64,000 bases of DNA from Eledone cirrhosa. Taxonomy: Eukaryota. A model generated the notes under the pieces. It saw nothing but the letters and a program-made list of their open reading frames with translations, was not told where the DNA came from and ran no database searches. Every line of letters begins with the position of its first letter. Positions within the stretch are counted from its first letter, which is position 1. The stretch is taken from assembly GCA_964016885.1 (NCBI GenBank), contig OZ024743.1:107446001-107510000 (forward strand), in the 5' to 3' direction. The translations under genes and the position numbers were made by a program. Of the stretch, positions 33,430-44,047 are shown in pieces.

Positions 33430-34075
33430 CAAGGCTAGAAGAAGGAAAACGTTTATTGACCCAAATCCACTGCTTGCCCGGTACTTTATTTTATAGACAC
33501 CGGAAGGATGAAAGGCTAAATAGACCTCGGTGATATTCGAAATAAGAATGCAAAGACACAGAACAATTCCCGCAATTGTATTTGCCGACACTCTATTAAT
33601 TCTGCTAACCCGTTATGCTTTTTAACAAAAAAGATATTAATTTCTAATGTAAGCACAAGACCAGCTAATTTGGATGAAGAGAAAAGTTGATTAAATCAAA
33701 TCCAGTACTTACTTAGTACTTTTTGATATCGACACCGGATGGATATGAGGCAAAATAGACATCAGTTGGATAAGAGCTCAAAATGTAATGATCTAGATCT
33801 AGAACAAATGCCACAAAACATTATCTGACGCTCTCCCAAATCTGCCAATCCACCAAATTTCTAAAGAGAATATAATTTAGTCGCAACGCTAGAAGGTTTG
33901 AAGGACGAGTATCTCTGATTAAATCAACACTAGTACTTGAGTGTTACTTTCATTCATCCACCCTACAAAGGTGAAAGGCAAAGTTGTTCTCCGCGGAACT
34001 TTAACTGAGGAAGCGGAGGGCCGAAAGGAAATATTGTTATGTATTTTATCCGACTCTGCAAATCTGCCGCCTTTC
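33430..34075 (-). mobile_element. Three head-to-tail old copies of the tRNA-derived SINE with Meta-like core (~33430-33612, ~33640-33855, ~33880-34075)
   Basis: Each has a diverged GTACTTTATTTTATCGACCCCG..GGATGAAAGGCAAAG core and ends in a TCTGCCAA/TCTGCTAA-like head sequence, as in 42518-42736. Confidence 0.65.
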
Positions 34076-34390
34076 TAATATGAGTAAATATTAGAAACAT
34101 CTATTTCTTCGAGTTGCATTAGCTGATGTTCACCATCAAAATGGTGTGTGATGTGTTTTATTTAGGCTGAGCAGTTGGGATTCTGTTAATACTCTGTGTA
34201 CAATTATATAACTGCATTACAATGATCACTTTTTCAATTTCACAGCAACAGCAGAAGTAATAGGTGGAAAACTAATGGAAGAAAAAGAGAAATAAATACA
34301 CAGAGAGAAGAAACGAGAGAGATTCAGGCATGACACACACACAAAATCAGGCACATACATATACACATGCACGCACAGAAATTTATACAA

Positions 34391-34393
<3 letters not shown>

Positions 34394-34421
<28 letters not shown>

Positions 34422-34452
34422 GTATATATATCTATATATATATATATAATAG

Positions 34453-34540
<88 letters not shown>
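34394..34540. repeat. (TA)n and (GA)n microsatellites
   Basis: Direct reading. Confidence 0.95.
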
Positions 34541-34546
<6 letters not shown>

Positions 34547-34979
34547 AGTAAAGGCGGGAGAAGAGAACAATCTTTAAAAAAGTATATATCGTTGGAAAAA
34601 TATATAATATCCCGCCGATAAGACTTTCTGTAAGAGACAATGAATGGAAAATAAAAATTATAGAAACTCTATAAAAACATAACAAAGGAAATACAATGTG
34701 CATATTTCTTCGATGTCTCTTTATCTTTTGGCCAGTAATATCATTACGCTGATATCATTCATACCGTACTGGTTACTTTCTATCCTTATTATTTTCTTTG
34801 ATCTTTTACCGTTTCATTCCATCTTTTATCGCTCCATTTTTTTTTCCTCTTTTTTCCTCATGCTATCACTCCCACTCTCTCTCTCTCTCTCTCTCGTTTT
34901 TTTTCTATTTTGACCGCCTTCATATGTTTATCTCTCTATCTCTCCATCTCTCTCTATCTATTTCTCTCTCTCTCTCTCA

Positions 34980-35056
<77 letters not shown>

Positions 35057-35383
35057 TCAATTAATCTTTTTGTCTATCATTATATCCATTTATACCTTTC
35101 CTTATCCCACTTACTTGACCTGTGATATTCACACGTTATTTATTTCCTTTGATTATTGTTTGTTCATTTCATTCAATGCTGAATTATCCTAGTAGTATGT
35201 GCTGTAGAAATAGAGGTTCGTTATTGAAGAAAACAACACCAGTAAACTAGTTTCGCTTCACCTACAACTAAACCACTAGTGACGTTGGTAAATAAACATC
35301 TATTATGTTTAGATTTTACCATCGGTTTTCCTTCGGTTTTCTCACTGTTGACACTGTCTCTATCCGTATAAGTCAGTTATGCT

Positions 35384-35449
<66 letters not shown>

Positions 35450-35455
35450 CATATA

Positions 35456-35511
<56 letters not shown>

Positions 35512-35517
35512 TATATG

Positions 35518-35554
<37 letters not shown>

Positions 35555-35556
35555 AT

Positions 35557-36344
35557 ATTATGAAGAGAGAAGAAACATTTAGATATAATTAGTAATAAAA
35601 CGTATCATACCTAAACTGCTCCTAAATTCCTCGACTACGTAGTTTCGTGGCATAAACAAAAACAGTCCTTGCGAGGTTTGCCGACTTATCAAGAGGATAC
35701 CTCATTTTACTAGTCTCAAGAAGGCGTCTACACGACGTGAGAAAGAATCCCAAAAGGCGGAGGGGGAGACAGTCACGCGATATAACGGTCGAGAAGAAGA
35801 GCTAAGCCTCTTATAACCCCGAAGAAAATACCACGGAGGCGGAGGGGGTATTTATATCGAAGCCGTAGAAGAGGTGGTGAAGGGAGCGAAAAGTATGAGT
35901 AATGGAAGCTTTCCAGCAGTCCCCACACTTCAAAGATTGCTCGACCAGAGGGAGTTATTAACAATATATTTAGAAACACACAGATACATGCGGACACGCA
36001 CAGATACATGCGGACACACACATATACATGAATGCATCCGCACCCAACCGTGAGTTAAGGGTGCCAACTTCACATTTGTTTATGCCACGAAACTACGTAG
36101 TCGAGGAATTTAGGAGCAGTTTAGGTATGATACATTTTATTACTAATTATATCTAAATGTTTCTTCTCGCTTCATAATGTATTTTTAACTCTGATACTGG
36201 TTCAGTCTAGTTCAACCGGATTGGTCTGTCCCAGTCATTCATTGAGCAACATCGGTGAAGTTGGCACCCTTAACTCACGGTTGGGTGCGGATGCATTCAT
36301 GTATATGTGTGTGTCCGCATGTATCTGTGTGTTTCTAAATATAT

Positions 36345-36345
<1 letters not shown>
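35557..36345. mobile_element. HHR element family A in inverted arrangement: minus arm 35557-36073, plus arm 36075-36345, inserted in (TA)n
   Basis: Both arms match 58745-59419. 36075-36178 is the reverse complement of ~35557-35660, and ~36255-36345 that of ~35963-36073. Confidence 0.85.
35628..35697 (-). ncRNA. Type I hammerhead ribozyme with variant core UUGAUAA (family A)
   Basis: Minus strand: TCCTC-TTGATAA-GT(C)GGCA...TGCCAC-GAAA-CTACGTAG-TC-GAGGA. Stems I and II pair, stem III is palindromic, GUC site. Confidence 0.75.
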
Positions 36346-36393
<48 letters not shown>

Positions 36394-36620
36394 TATCATA
36401 AAACATGTCTATAGAATCACAAGATAAAATATATACTATTTCCTCTCCCAATTAGCATAATTAACTATACACATATATATGTATAAATATATATATATGT
36501 ATATATACACATATATATGTATATATATATATATATGTATATATACACATATATATATATAAATATATATATATGTATATATACACATATATATGTATAT
36601 ATATATATATATGTATATAT

Positions 36621-36665
<45 letters not shown>

Positions 36666-36781
36666 CACATATATGTGTGTGTGTGTGTGTGTGTATATAT
36701 AACTGTGTGTGAACTAACTGTTGTGTAACCACTTCTATATATATTTATATATATAATTATTATATCGTTATTGACTGGGCA

Positions 36782-36905
36782 TCCACTGATGAGTTTATAA
36801 GAGCCTGCTTGTGTATAAAACTATGCATAATATACAAGTTTCTACATAACCTGGAAATTATTTATCCCAAATTGTAGAAATCTTATAACGAAACGGCCGT
36901 CTGGA
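36782..36905 (+). ncRNA. Type I hammerhead ribozyme with large structured stem II insertion (family D)
   Basis: TCCA-CTGATGA-GTTTATAAGA...TCTTATAAC-GAAA-CGGCCG-TC-TGGA. Canonical core; predicted cleavage after 36901. Confidence 0.85.
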
Positions 36906-37143
36906 AGAAATGAGATATTTATTTATTTAATAATGTCTCATATAAAATAATACAACCAATTATCCACGTAATACTGATTAGTTAGCACCCCGAACACTAA
37001 ATTGGGATAATGCTTAAGTATATCCTAATGTTTGTTGAGTGAGATGGAGTTGGTCGGAGTATCGCTTAAGGCTTTCTCTGTTTATGTATTGAAGTATTTA
37101 TATAGATATAGTTTTTTTTTCATAGAACCTATTCCACAAAATT

Positions 37144-37216
37144 GACGTTTAGACATTTCCATCGGTTTTCTAATTGTTGGCACTGTCCGTATCTATATAA
37201 GCCGGTGATGCTTATA
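37144..37216 (+). mobile_element. 73-bp retroelement 3'-end fragment flanked by a ~29-bp direct repeat; related copy at ~35308-35387
   Basis: Flanks TTTTTTCATAGAACCTATTCCACAAAATT (37115-37143) and TTTTTTCCATAGAACTTACTCCACAAAATT (37217-37246). Insert shares CCATCGGTTTTC..TGTTG.CACTGTC..TATAAG....ATGCTTATA with 35.3 kb. Confidence 0.6.
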
Positions 37217-37923
37217 TTTTTTCCATAGAACTTACTCCACAAAATTCAGAAAAAGAATTTTATAAACCTGCAAATGTATATGTATGGTGGTGTAAGACTA
37301 CCCCACGTCCATTCTATGTGACATACCCTGGTAACACGAGAATCAGTATTCTAGCCCTGAGCAAACTGTCTTATTGCCTCTTAAAATCAGCTCACTAAAG
37401 CAAGAAGCTAGGAAAATATAACTCTGAAAACAAACCCAAGTGGAATGGTTTTTAACAACGACTGAAAGAATAAAGCAGGTAAAAGCAGATACAAACTAAA
37501 CACAGCAAAGCATCTGACATAGTAACGATTGTCTGAAACAGTAACGATTGTTCGAATCAAATAAAAAGAATGTTATAGTATAATTTCACTTTAAACTAAG
37601 ATCAATTCCAACAAACATGTTCTATATTATCCAGAAAGTTTGCACTGTAAATCTCATTGGAGTTATTTCCCTTGTCTGTTGTATTATTATTAATTTAGAA
37701 CAGCACCAGTGGAAGCTTTTTCTACTAATTACCTGGTTAATCAAAGTTCAGTAACCTTTTCAACATCTTGTGATATATGTATGACTTGAACCCCTTCTTC
37801 TTCTTCTTCTATTCATTCTTAATCATGTTTACGCATCTCACTGTTTCTCTAATAACAGCTTCCTCCCGTCTCTCTCTTCCTCATTCCTTATCCCTTTCCA
37901 TTTCTCCATTTCACACACACACA

Positions 37924-37956
<33 letters not shown>

Positions 37957-38395
37957 ATTCTCTCACTTTCTTTCTCAGTCTCTTTCCATCACGTTCCTTC
38001 TGTCACAAACACAGGCACACACAGACACACACACATACACACACACATAGACACACATCACCTCACGTCATTCGTTCGATGTTATTTCTCTCTTTCAGAA
38101 CCCTTACACTCTAAACGTTTTCCTGCTGGAGGCATATGTTTTTAAGTAGCTATATTTTATGCGGACCATTTACTATCAGTCTTTGTGTATATTTTCATTT
38201 TCTCCTCTTCTTGTAGTTGATTTTGTTGTTATTGCTGTTATTATCGTTCTCCTCTTTCTCATTCATCCCAACTTCTTTCTTCTTCTTCTTCTTCTTCGTC
38301 TTCTTCTTTTACCTCGAGCTCTACTACTACTACTACTACTACTACTATTAGTACTACTTGTTGTTTTCTTCTAAATGACAGAATTATTTGAACAA

Positions 38396-38500
38396 TGGAC
38401 AAAATGCGTTCAAGTATTTAACTAGGTGCTATTCCTTTCAGAGTTTAAATCCCACCGAAGCCAATTTGCCTTTCATTCTTCTGGGGTCGAAAATTGACAA
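38396..38500 (+). mobile_element. Degenerate tRNA-derived SINE (Meta-like core)
   Basis: GAGTTTAAATCCCACCGAAGCCAATTTGCCTTTCATTCTTCTGGGGTCGAAAA matches the family core. Confidence 0.65.
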
Positions 38501-38841
38501 GATCCCAGACCTAATTCACTTTCCGGATGGCGTGGATTTACGTGTGATCATAGAGGGCAAAATTTATAGTTGTGATCGGTGAGGAGAAACCACCCATCTA
38601 AGAGTTATGTGTCCTATACTGGGGAGCCACAGAGTACCATATTTGCAAGTACAGGTTCCCAACAACAAAAACGACATCAGCATTAACAGCAACATCAAGA
38701 AAAGTAAGACCAACTGCAACAGCAGATCCAGCCAAACAACCAAGAGCAGGAACAGATCTACCATAACCAACCACGGCAATATAGAAGTGTCATAAAAACA
38801 ACACAGGCTCTCCCTCATCCTCTCTTCCAAACACACACACG

Positions 38842-38946
<105 letters not shown>

Positions 38947-39283
38947 CAATATACATCTGAGTCAAATGAACTAGACACAGAAACCTCTTATTCTCATAGT
39001 GTAGAAGAGAGGGAATCCCCAAAGCGCTAAAACAAATATCATCACGTGGCATGTACGGTGGCTCCGACTCACGACGGTACTCCGCGGTGAATATCGCATC
39101 GCAGGTTTCATTTGGCGGGAAAGAGCAGCCAGTTTTTCTCTGCCTGGTGGATGTAGCGCAACAGTTTGTGTGGCAGATGCTGCTGAAAGGACTGAAGATA
39201 AAAACACTTTCCTCGTTTGCGAAGCCCTCACCATCTTTTTCATGTTCCAAATGGAATGGAAGGTTTGTGAGGAAAGAGGTGCG

Positions 39284-39428
39284 AGAAATCATCAGGAAGC
39301 CCCTGATGATTTCTACCGAATGAAACAGTTCTAATCCTGTAGAAGCCATCACTATATTAAATATTTATACTCTGCTATGTATTGAGTACCTTACTTACTG
39401 TGGTTACCACCGATTGAACTCGGGATAA

Positions 39429-39430
<2 letters not shown>
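39284..39430 (+). mobile_element. HHR element family C with short 5' inversion; HHR core at 39303-39347
   Basis: CTGATGA-TTTC-TACC-GAAT-GAAA-CAG..CTG-TA-GAAGCC. The 5' strand of stem I (GGCTTC) appears only in the inverted arm 39284-39301. Second copy at 47824-47956. Confidence 0.75.
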
Positions 39431-39461
<31 letters not shown>

Positions 39462-39512
39462 GTAATAATTATAAATGTGGTTAAATATATATCAAATATA
39501 TAAGAACCCTAC

Positions 39513-39559
39513 TTTCAGAAGATCCCGTTAAGGGTGAAAGCAGCGATTCTTTGCTTAAA
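39513..39559 (+). ncRNA. Degenerate minimal HHR (family I; second copy 48919-48967)
   Basis: TTT-CAGAAGA-TCCC-GTTAA-GGGT-GAAA-GCA..TGC-TT-AAA. Core position 4 is A, not U. Confidence 0.55.
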
Positions 39560-39572
39560 CTTTAATCTGTTA

Positions 39573-39603
<31 letters not shown>

Positions 39604-39608
<5 letters not shown>

Positions 39609-39810
39609 AACGAGTAGGACCCCGACGGCTGAGCTCAGGCCGTTTCGACGGCTAATTCTGGACTAAAATTTAGTCCAGAATTAGACGTCGAAACGCCCTG
39701 AGCTCAGCCGTCGGGGTCCTACTCGTTCCTATTACCCACTCTACTACCCTAAGTATTGAGTACTTTGGTGCGTTATGGTCCACCTGGTTCCTTACCACAT
39801 TTCCTTCGTT
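39604..39810 (+). mobile_element. HHR element family B with 129-bp fold-back palindrome (39604-39732); only the 3' half of the HHR is present
   Basis: Near-perfect inverted repeat centred at ~39668; arms contain CGAAACG(G/C)C-CTGAGCTCAG-CCGTC-GGGG (GAAA, stem III, GUC). (TA)n on both sides. Confidence 0.8.
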
Positions 39811-39831
39811 ATATATATATATGTGTGTGTG

Positions 39832-39950
39832 TAGGAAAAGCTCAGCCGTCGGGTCCCTGACTCTTTTCCTATTACCCACTCTGCTACCCTAGGTATCGAG
39901 TACTCTAGTGTGTTATGGTCCACCTGGTTCCTTACCTCACTTCCTTCGTT
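39832..39950 (+). mobile_element. Second, more truncated and diverged family B copy
   Basis: Aligns to ~39702-39810 and ends at the same TTCCTTCGTT before (AT)n; begins with a 9-nt inverted TAGGAAAAG. Confidence 0.8.
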
Positions 39951-39965
39951 ATATATATATATATA

Positions 39966-40007
<42 letters not shown>

Positions 40008-41139
40008 AGGGGGAGACAGAGAGAGTGAGAGAGAGGGGATGAGAGAGAGGGTAATAGTTGTATACATTTGTTAAAATGTGGTTGAATGTAGCGGGGATGA
40101 GCCAAGAGAATGGGCCTATTCTGAACATGCGCCTGTGAGCTGCAGAGGGTAAAGTGGAGGGTGGCACCTTCCTATGATGCTCTTAAAGCCTTAGGTGGTT
40201 TAGGGCTGTCGGAGTTCCTAGGTTACACCTATGCCCTACTCCAGATAACAGGGAATATAATTGTTATTAATTTAGTGTTAATTGTCACATGTTATCTTTT
40301 TTTAAACGTTTCATGTAAATTCCCACCGTACCTGTTTTTTGTATTGTCCTTTGTATTGCAACTTTAGTGGCCAATAAAGAAACATGTATTATTTTTCTAG
40401 TTGATTTTGCTGCAGCTGTTGCATTTGTCTTTTGCTTGTTTTTTTTTATTTTGTCTTCGTGATTTCTTCTTCTTCTCAGTATCTCGAATATTCTCCCACA
40501 ATTCGCTTACTGAAAAGGCTCAAGCGATAACAATAGTGAGAAATACAAGAAGGAAAGAGAAATATAGCAGTACGGAGGAAGGAAAAAGAACATGTGAAAA
40601 AAGGAAAAGTGTTTACCAACAGTAAAACAAAGAAGAAATAAAAATGTGGTATAAAAAGAAGGAAAGAAAGAAAATGGGGAGAAAAAAGAAGAGAAAAAGT
40701 AAAAAATAAAAAAAATAAGGGAAAATGTATGGAGAAACAGTAAAATACAGAAAGCAAAAGACTTGAAAGAAATAAGATAGGCGGTATGAAAATAGAAGAG
40801 AATAAAAGAAAGAAGTAAGGAGAAGAAAAATAAGAAAAACAAGATTATTAAACAAACTTGGTGAGTAAATAAATAAGACTTAAGTGAAATTCTCACAAAA
40901 TTATTTTTCACGTGTGTATACGTACTTGTATATGTAGGTATGTACTCGTATATGTCTGTGTATGTTCGATCTTCGTCTGTACCTACGAGGAGTGTTTCAT
41001 TTGTTCTCAGCAGCGGAACGACTTGCTCAAGAAATTACCTTGCAAATGGCTGAACTTTCGCTTGACCCATTTAATATTAACGTAAATAACGAGAGACTCA
41101 ATGTCACACAGTATTTGATAGGGCCTTGTCCATTGAATA

Positions 41140-41275
41140 ACATGTATCTCATCTTTTTTTGCAGCTGCGTAGACTGGAGCAATTTTACATAAAGAGGCTT
41201 GGTCAAGTACGGAACGCAACGCTGGAAATCGAACTCATGGTCGTGTGCCGAACAGACACAACCACACGCCTCCTC
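41140..41275 (-). mobile_element. Old tRNA-derived SINE (second family)
   Basis: GACTGGAGCAA..ATAAAG..CTTGGTCAAG..AACGCAACGCTGGAAATCGAACTC; the reverse strand carries a GAGTTCGATT B-box. Confidence 0.5.
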
Positions 41276-41433
41276 AATTAAATAAACTTACTTGGAAAAT
41301 CAATAAAACATGGGAAAATTTCACAATTTGTTTTACGTGGGGATAATTATGCGTACTTGTATGTGTATGGACGCGATTATTTATGCTTAAGTCGATGATT
41401 GTTTGCTTGTGTATAGATGTGTGTGTGGGGGAA

Positions 41434-41472
<39 letters not shown>

Positions 41473-41489
41473 CTGATTGAATGTGTATG

Positions 41490-41832
41490 GGCGCAGTGTG
41501 GCCTACTTGTCAAGAAGTTCTTCTGAATGATTAGGCTTCGATTTCGACCCAATTGCTTGGTCTCTTGTCTGACAATTATTTACCGTAGCCTCTGTTTAAC
41601 CCGTGACTTGTGAGTGAAATTGTGGCGAAGAATTAGGAATTCCGTTTGAATGACTGGATATATAATTCAAAAGCTAAATTCGGTTTCACACTCTATCTCG
41701 CTGATCTTCATAATTCCACTCATGGGATCGACTATAGGCAATGGTAAATTAATGTTGCCGAAAATGGGATCGAACCGGGAGACTAGTGATTGCAAGGCAA
41801 ACTTCTTAACCTATCGACTATGCTGCACCCAT
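41490..41832. mobile_element. Two old SINE remnants of a third family in opposite orientation (~41490-41645 +, ~41755-41832 -)
   Basis: GGCGCAGTGTGGC..AAGAAGTT..TAGCCTC..CTTGTGAGTG on +; GGGATCGAACC..AACTTCTTAACC..CTGCACC is the reverse-strand head. Confidence 0.45.
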
Positions 41833-42517
41833 ACATAATTACGACAACAACAACAACTGAAAGTAAGCTACGATTCTGAAATATCTCATTGTGTGCCGGA
41901 AACATTTACATTGCATAACTGACGAGATGCTCATTAAATTATGGCGAGGATTCCAAATATGTCCATAAATGTAGCTCGGATGAGGAGGGGAGGTACTCAA
42001 ATTGATATGATGTTCGTTAGATGAGACATTGAACGGAAGTACGATGTGTATGCCTCTGAAATTGTTAATGTGACTTCTGGATATAATTCTAACTCATATG
42101 AGAGCTGTATTGTTGTCAAATATCCTATTCTAGATCCCATGAATTCAAATCAATGTTTATGCAGAGGAAATGTTAATAAAAATAATGATTTCTATATGAG
42201 CTGAATTGTATTAGACACAATACAATAAACATTATAAACATCGTTGTTAAAATACATGTGGGTTTGGAGAAACCAAGTATATAAAGCTAATGTGGAAGCA
42301 AGGTATTTAAACAGTAGACAGAATAATTCGATAAAACAAGAAATATTATAGAGTTATTATAAAACACAACTAACATAGGGTAGCATATCCAAAAGTATTA
42401 TGTAAAGATATTGTGGGGGAGGTGTCAATTAAAGTTTAGATAATTGAGTAAATGGACTTAGTGTAACGTGTTTCGGGATAGTTTAGATTAAAAATAGTTA
42501 GTGATATGTTATGGTTA

Positions 42518-42736
42518 TTAATAATTTCTTCTATTGGCACAAGGCCAGCAATTTTGGGGGAGGGGAAAATCGATTAAATCGACACCAGTGTATTACTAAT
42601 ACTTTCTATCGACCCCGTTAGGATGAAAGGCAAAGTTAATCTCGGCGGGGTTTGAAATCAGATCATAAAGAGGTGTAACTCAATACTGCAAAGCATGGTG
42701 TCCGACCCTCCACCGATACTGCCAATCCACCGCCCT
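42518..42736 (-). mobile_element. Full-length tRNA-derived SINE (Meta-like core) with 11-bp TSD
   Basis: TSD TGTTATGGTTA at 42507-42517 and 42737-42747. Head GGGCGGTGGATTGGCAG, core GCCTTTCATCCTAACGGGGTCGATA, ATT tail. Confidence 0.9.
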
Positions 42737-43238
42737 TGTTATGGTTAATAATGCTTCTAATACTGTGTGGAATAGATTACCTTTCACAGGTCCGTGCTAC
42801 GAAGGTTATTTTTGTGGTTTGAAATTTAATGTTATTTAACTGGTAACATTAATTCTGCTTGGTAGGAAAATTACTATCTATCAAGTATATATATTTATGT
42901 GTGTGTATGTGTTTATATATATATGTGTGTGTGTGTATTGTTGTGAATGAACATTATTAAAGAAATGATCAAAAACTATGATATAGAAGGAAGAACTGAT
43001 TTCGAATATAGGGTATCATTTTATATTGTCGTGACAAACTACCATATAAGGTAGGCTACATGAAAGTACACGGGAAAGACACACACACAAATATACATAC
43101 GTAGGTGTTTACGTTTGACATTACATATATGTATTCATAAATATATGTGTACATATGGATCTGTACACATTTTCATATAATATCTGTGTGTGCATGTGTG
43201 ACTTTGTGTGCGTATGTATGTATATATATATATATATG

Positions 43239-43281
<43 letters not shown>

Positions 43282-43348
43282 ATATATATATATATATAGA
43301 TAGATACATATATACATATATATACATATATATATATACATATATATA

Positions 43349-43396
<48 letters not shown>

Positions 43397-43909
43397 TTTC
43401 CTGTACACACACACTTATACACACACATGCGTATATATATCTGTATATCTTGTTAATATTGGTGACACAGGGCATAAGGCTGTCAATTTCTCACGAATAA
43501 CTTCTTTTCCTTACTTAATCGTATGCCAACTCAATTTCAATATGAATAAAAGGAAATGGTAATATTCAGGTCCGTCTTCCCGATCGAATGTAATATAAAT
43601 GAATGAAGAGGATAGCCTATCTTTCATGCTAGATTACATTCTTTAGAAAAATAGTAGATCCTTAATTTTTACGACTTCCTCATTTTTCAAGCTTATACAA
43701 TTCCACCACCAACACCACGCTCAGTGCCTCAATCCACGACCAACAACAACTGAAATAAGAATAAGTAGACGGATGACGTTAATAATAATCTTTTTATGCA
43801 TGTCTTAGAATTGGTGCATATACACAGGCATTACAATAGATTTATAATGATATATCACTTTAGAGATTAACATCAGACATATTCATACATACATACATAC
43901 ATACATATA

Positions 43910-43952
43910 TGATGGCTGCCCCCTCGTTATCGAGTATGGCCATTGCACGAGG
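43910..43952 (-). mobile_element. RTE-type 3' terminal fragment
   Basis: Minus strand GGCCATACTCGATAACGAGGGGGCAGCCATC matches the 3' end of the 44048-44660 family. Confidence 0.65.
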
Positions 43953-44047
43953 ACAAAAAAAAAAAAAAAATAAAAAAAAAAAATAAATAAATAAAAATAT
44001 ATATATATACACACATACATATACACATATACACATATATATATATA

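Noticed and set aside
37300-37460. RTE 5'UTR-like remnant (CTAGGAAAATATAACTCTGAAAACAAACC)
   Set aside because: Too short and diverged to delimit.
40080-40390. Possible LINE 3' end with AATAAA
   Set aside because: No coding motif or second copy in the window.
42640-42736. tRNA gene
   Set aside because: A/B-box-like motifs belong to a SINE head; no cloverleaf.
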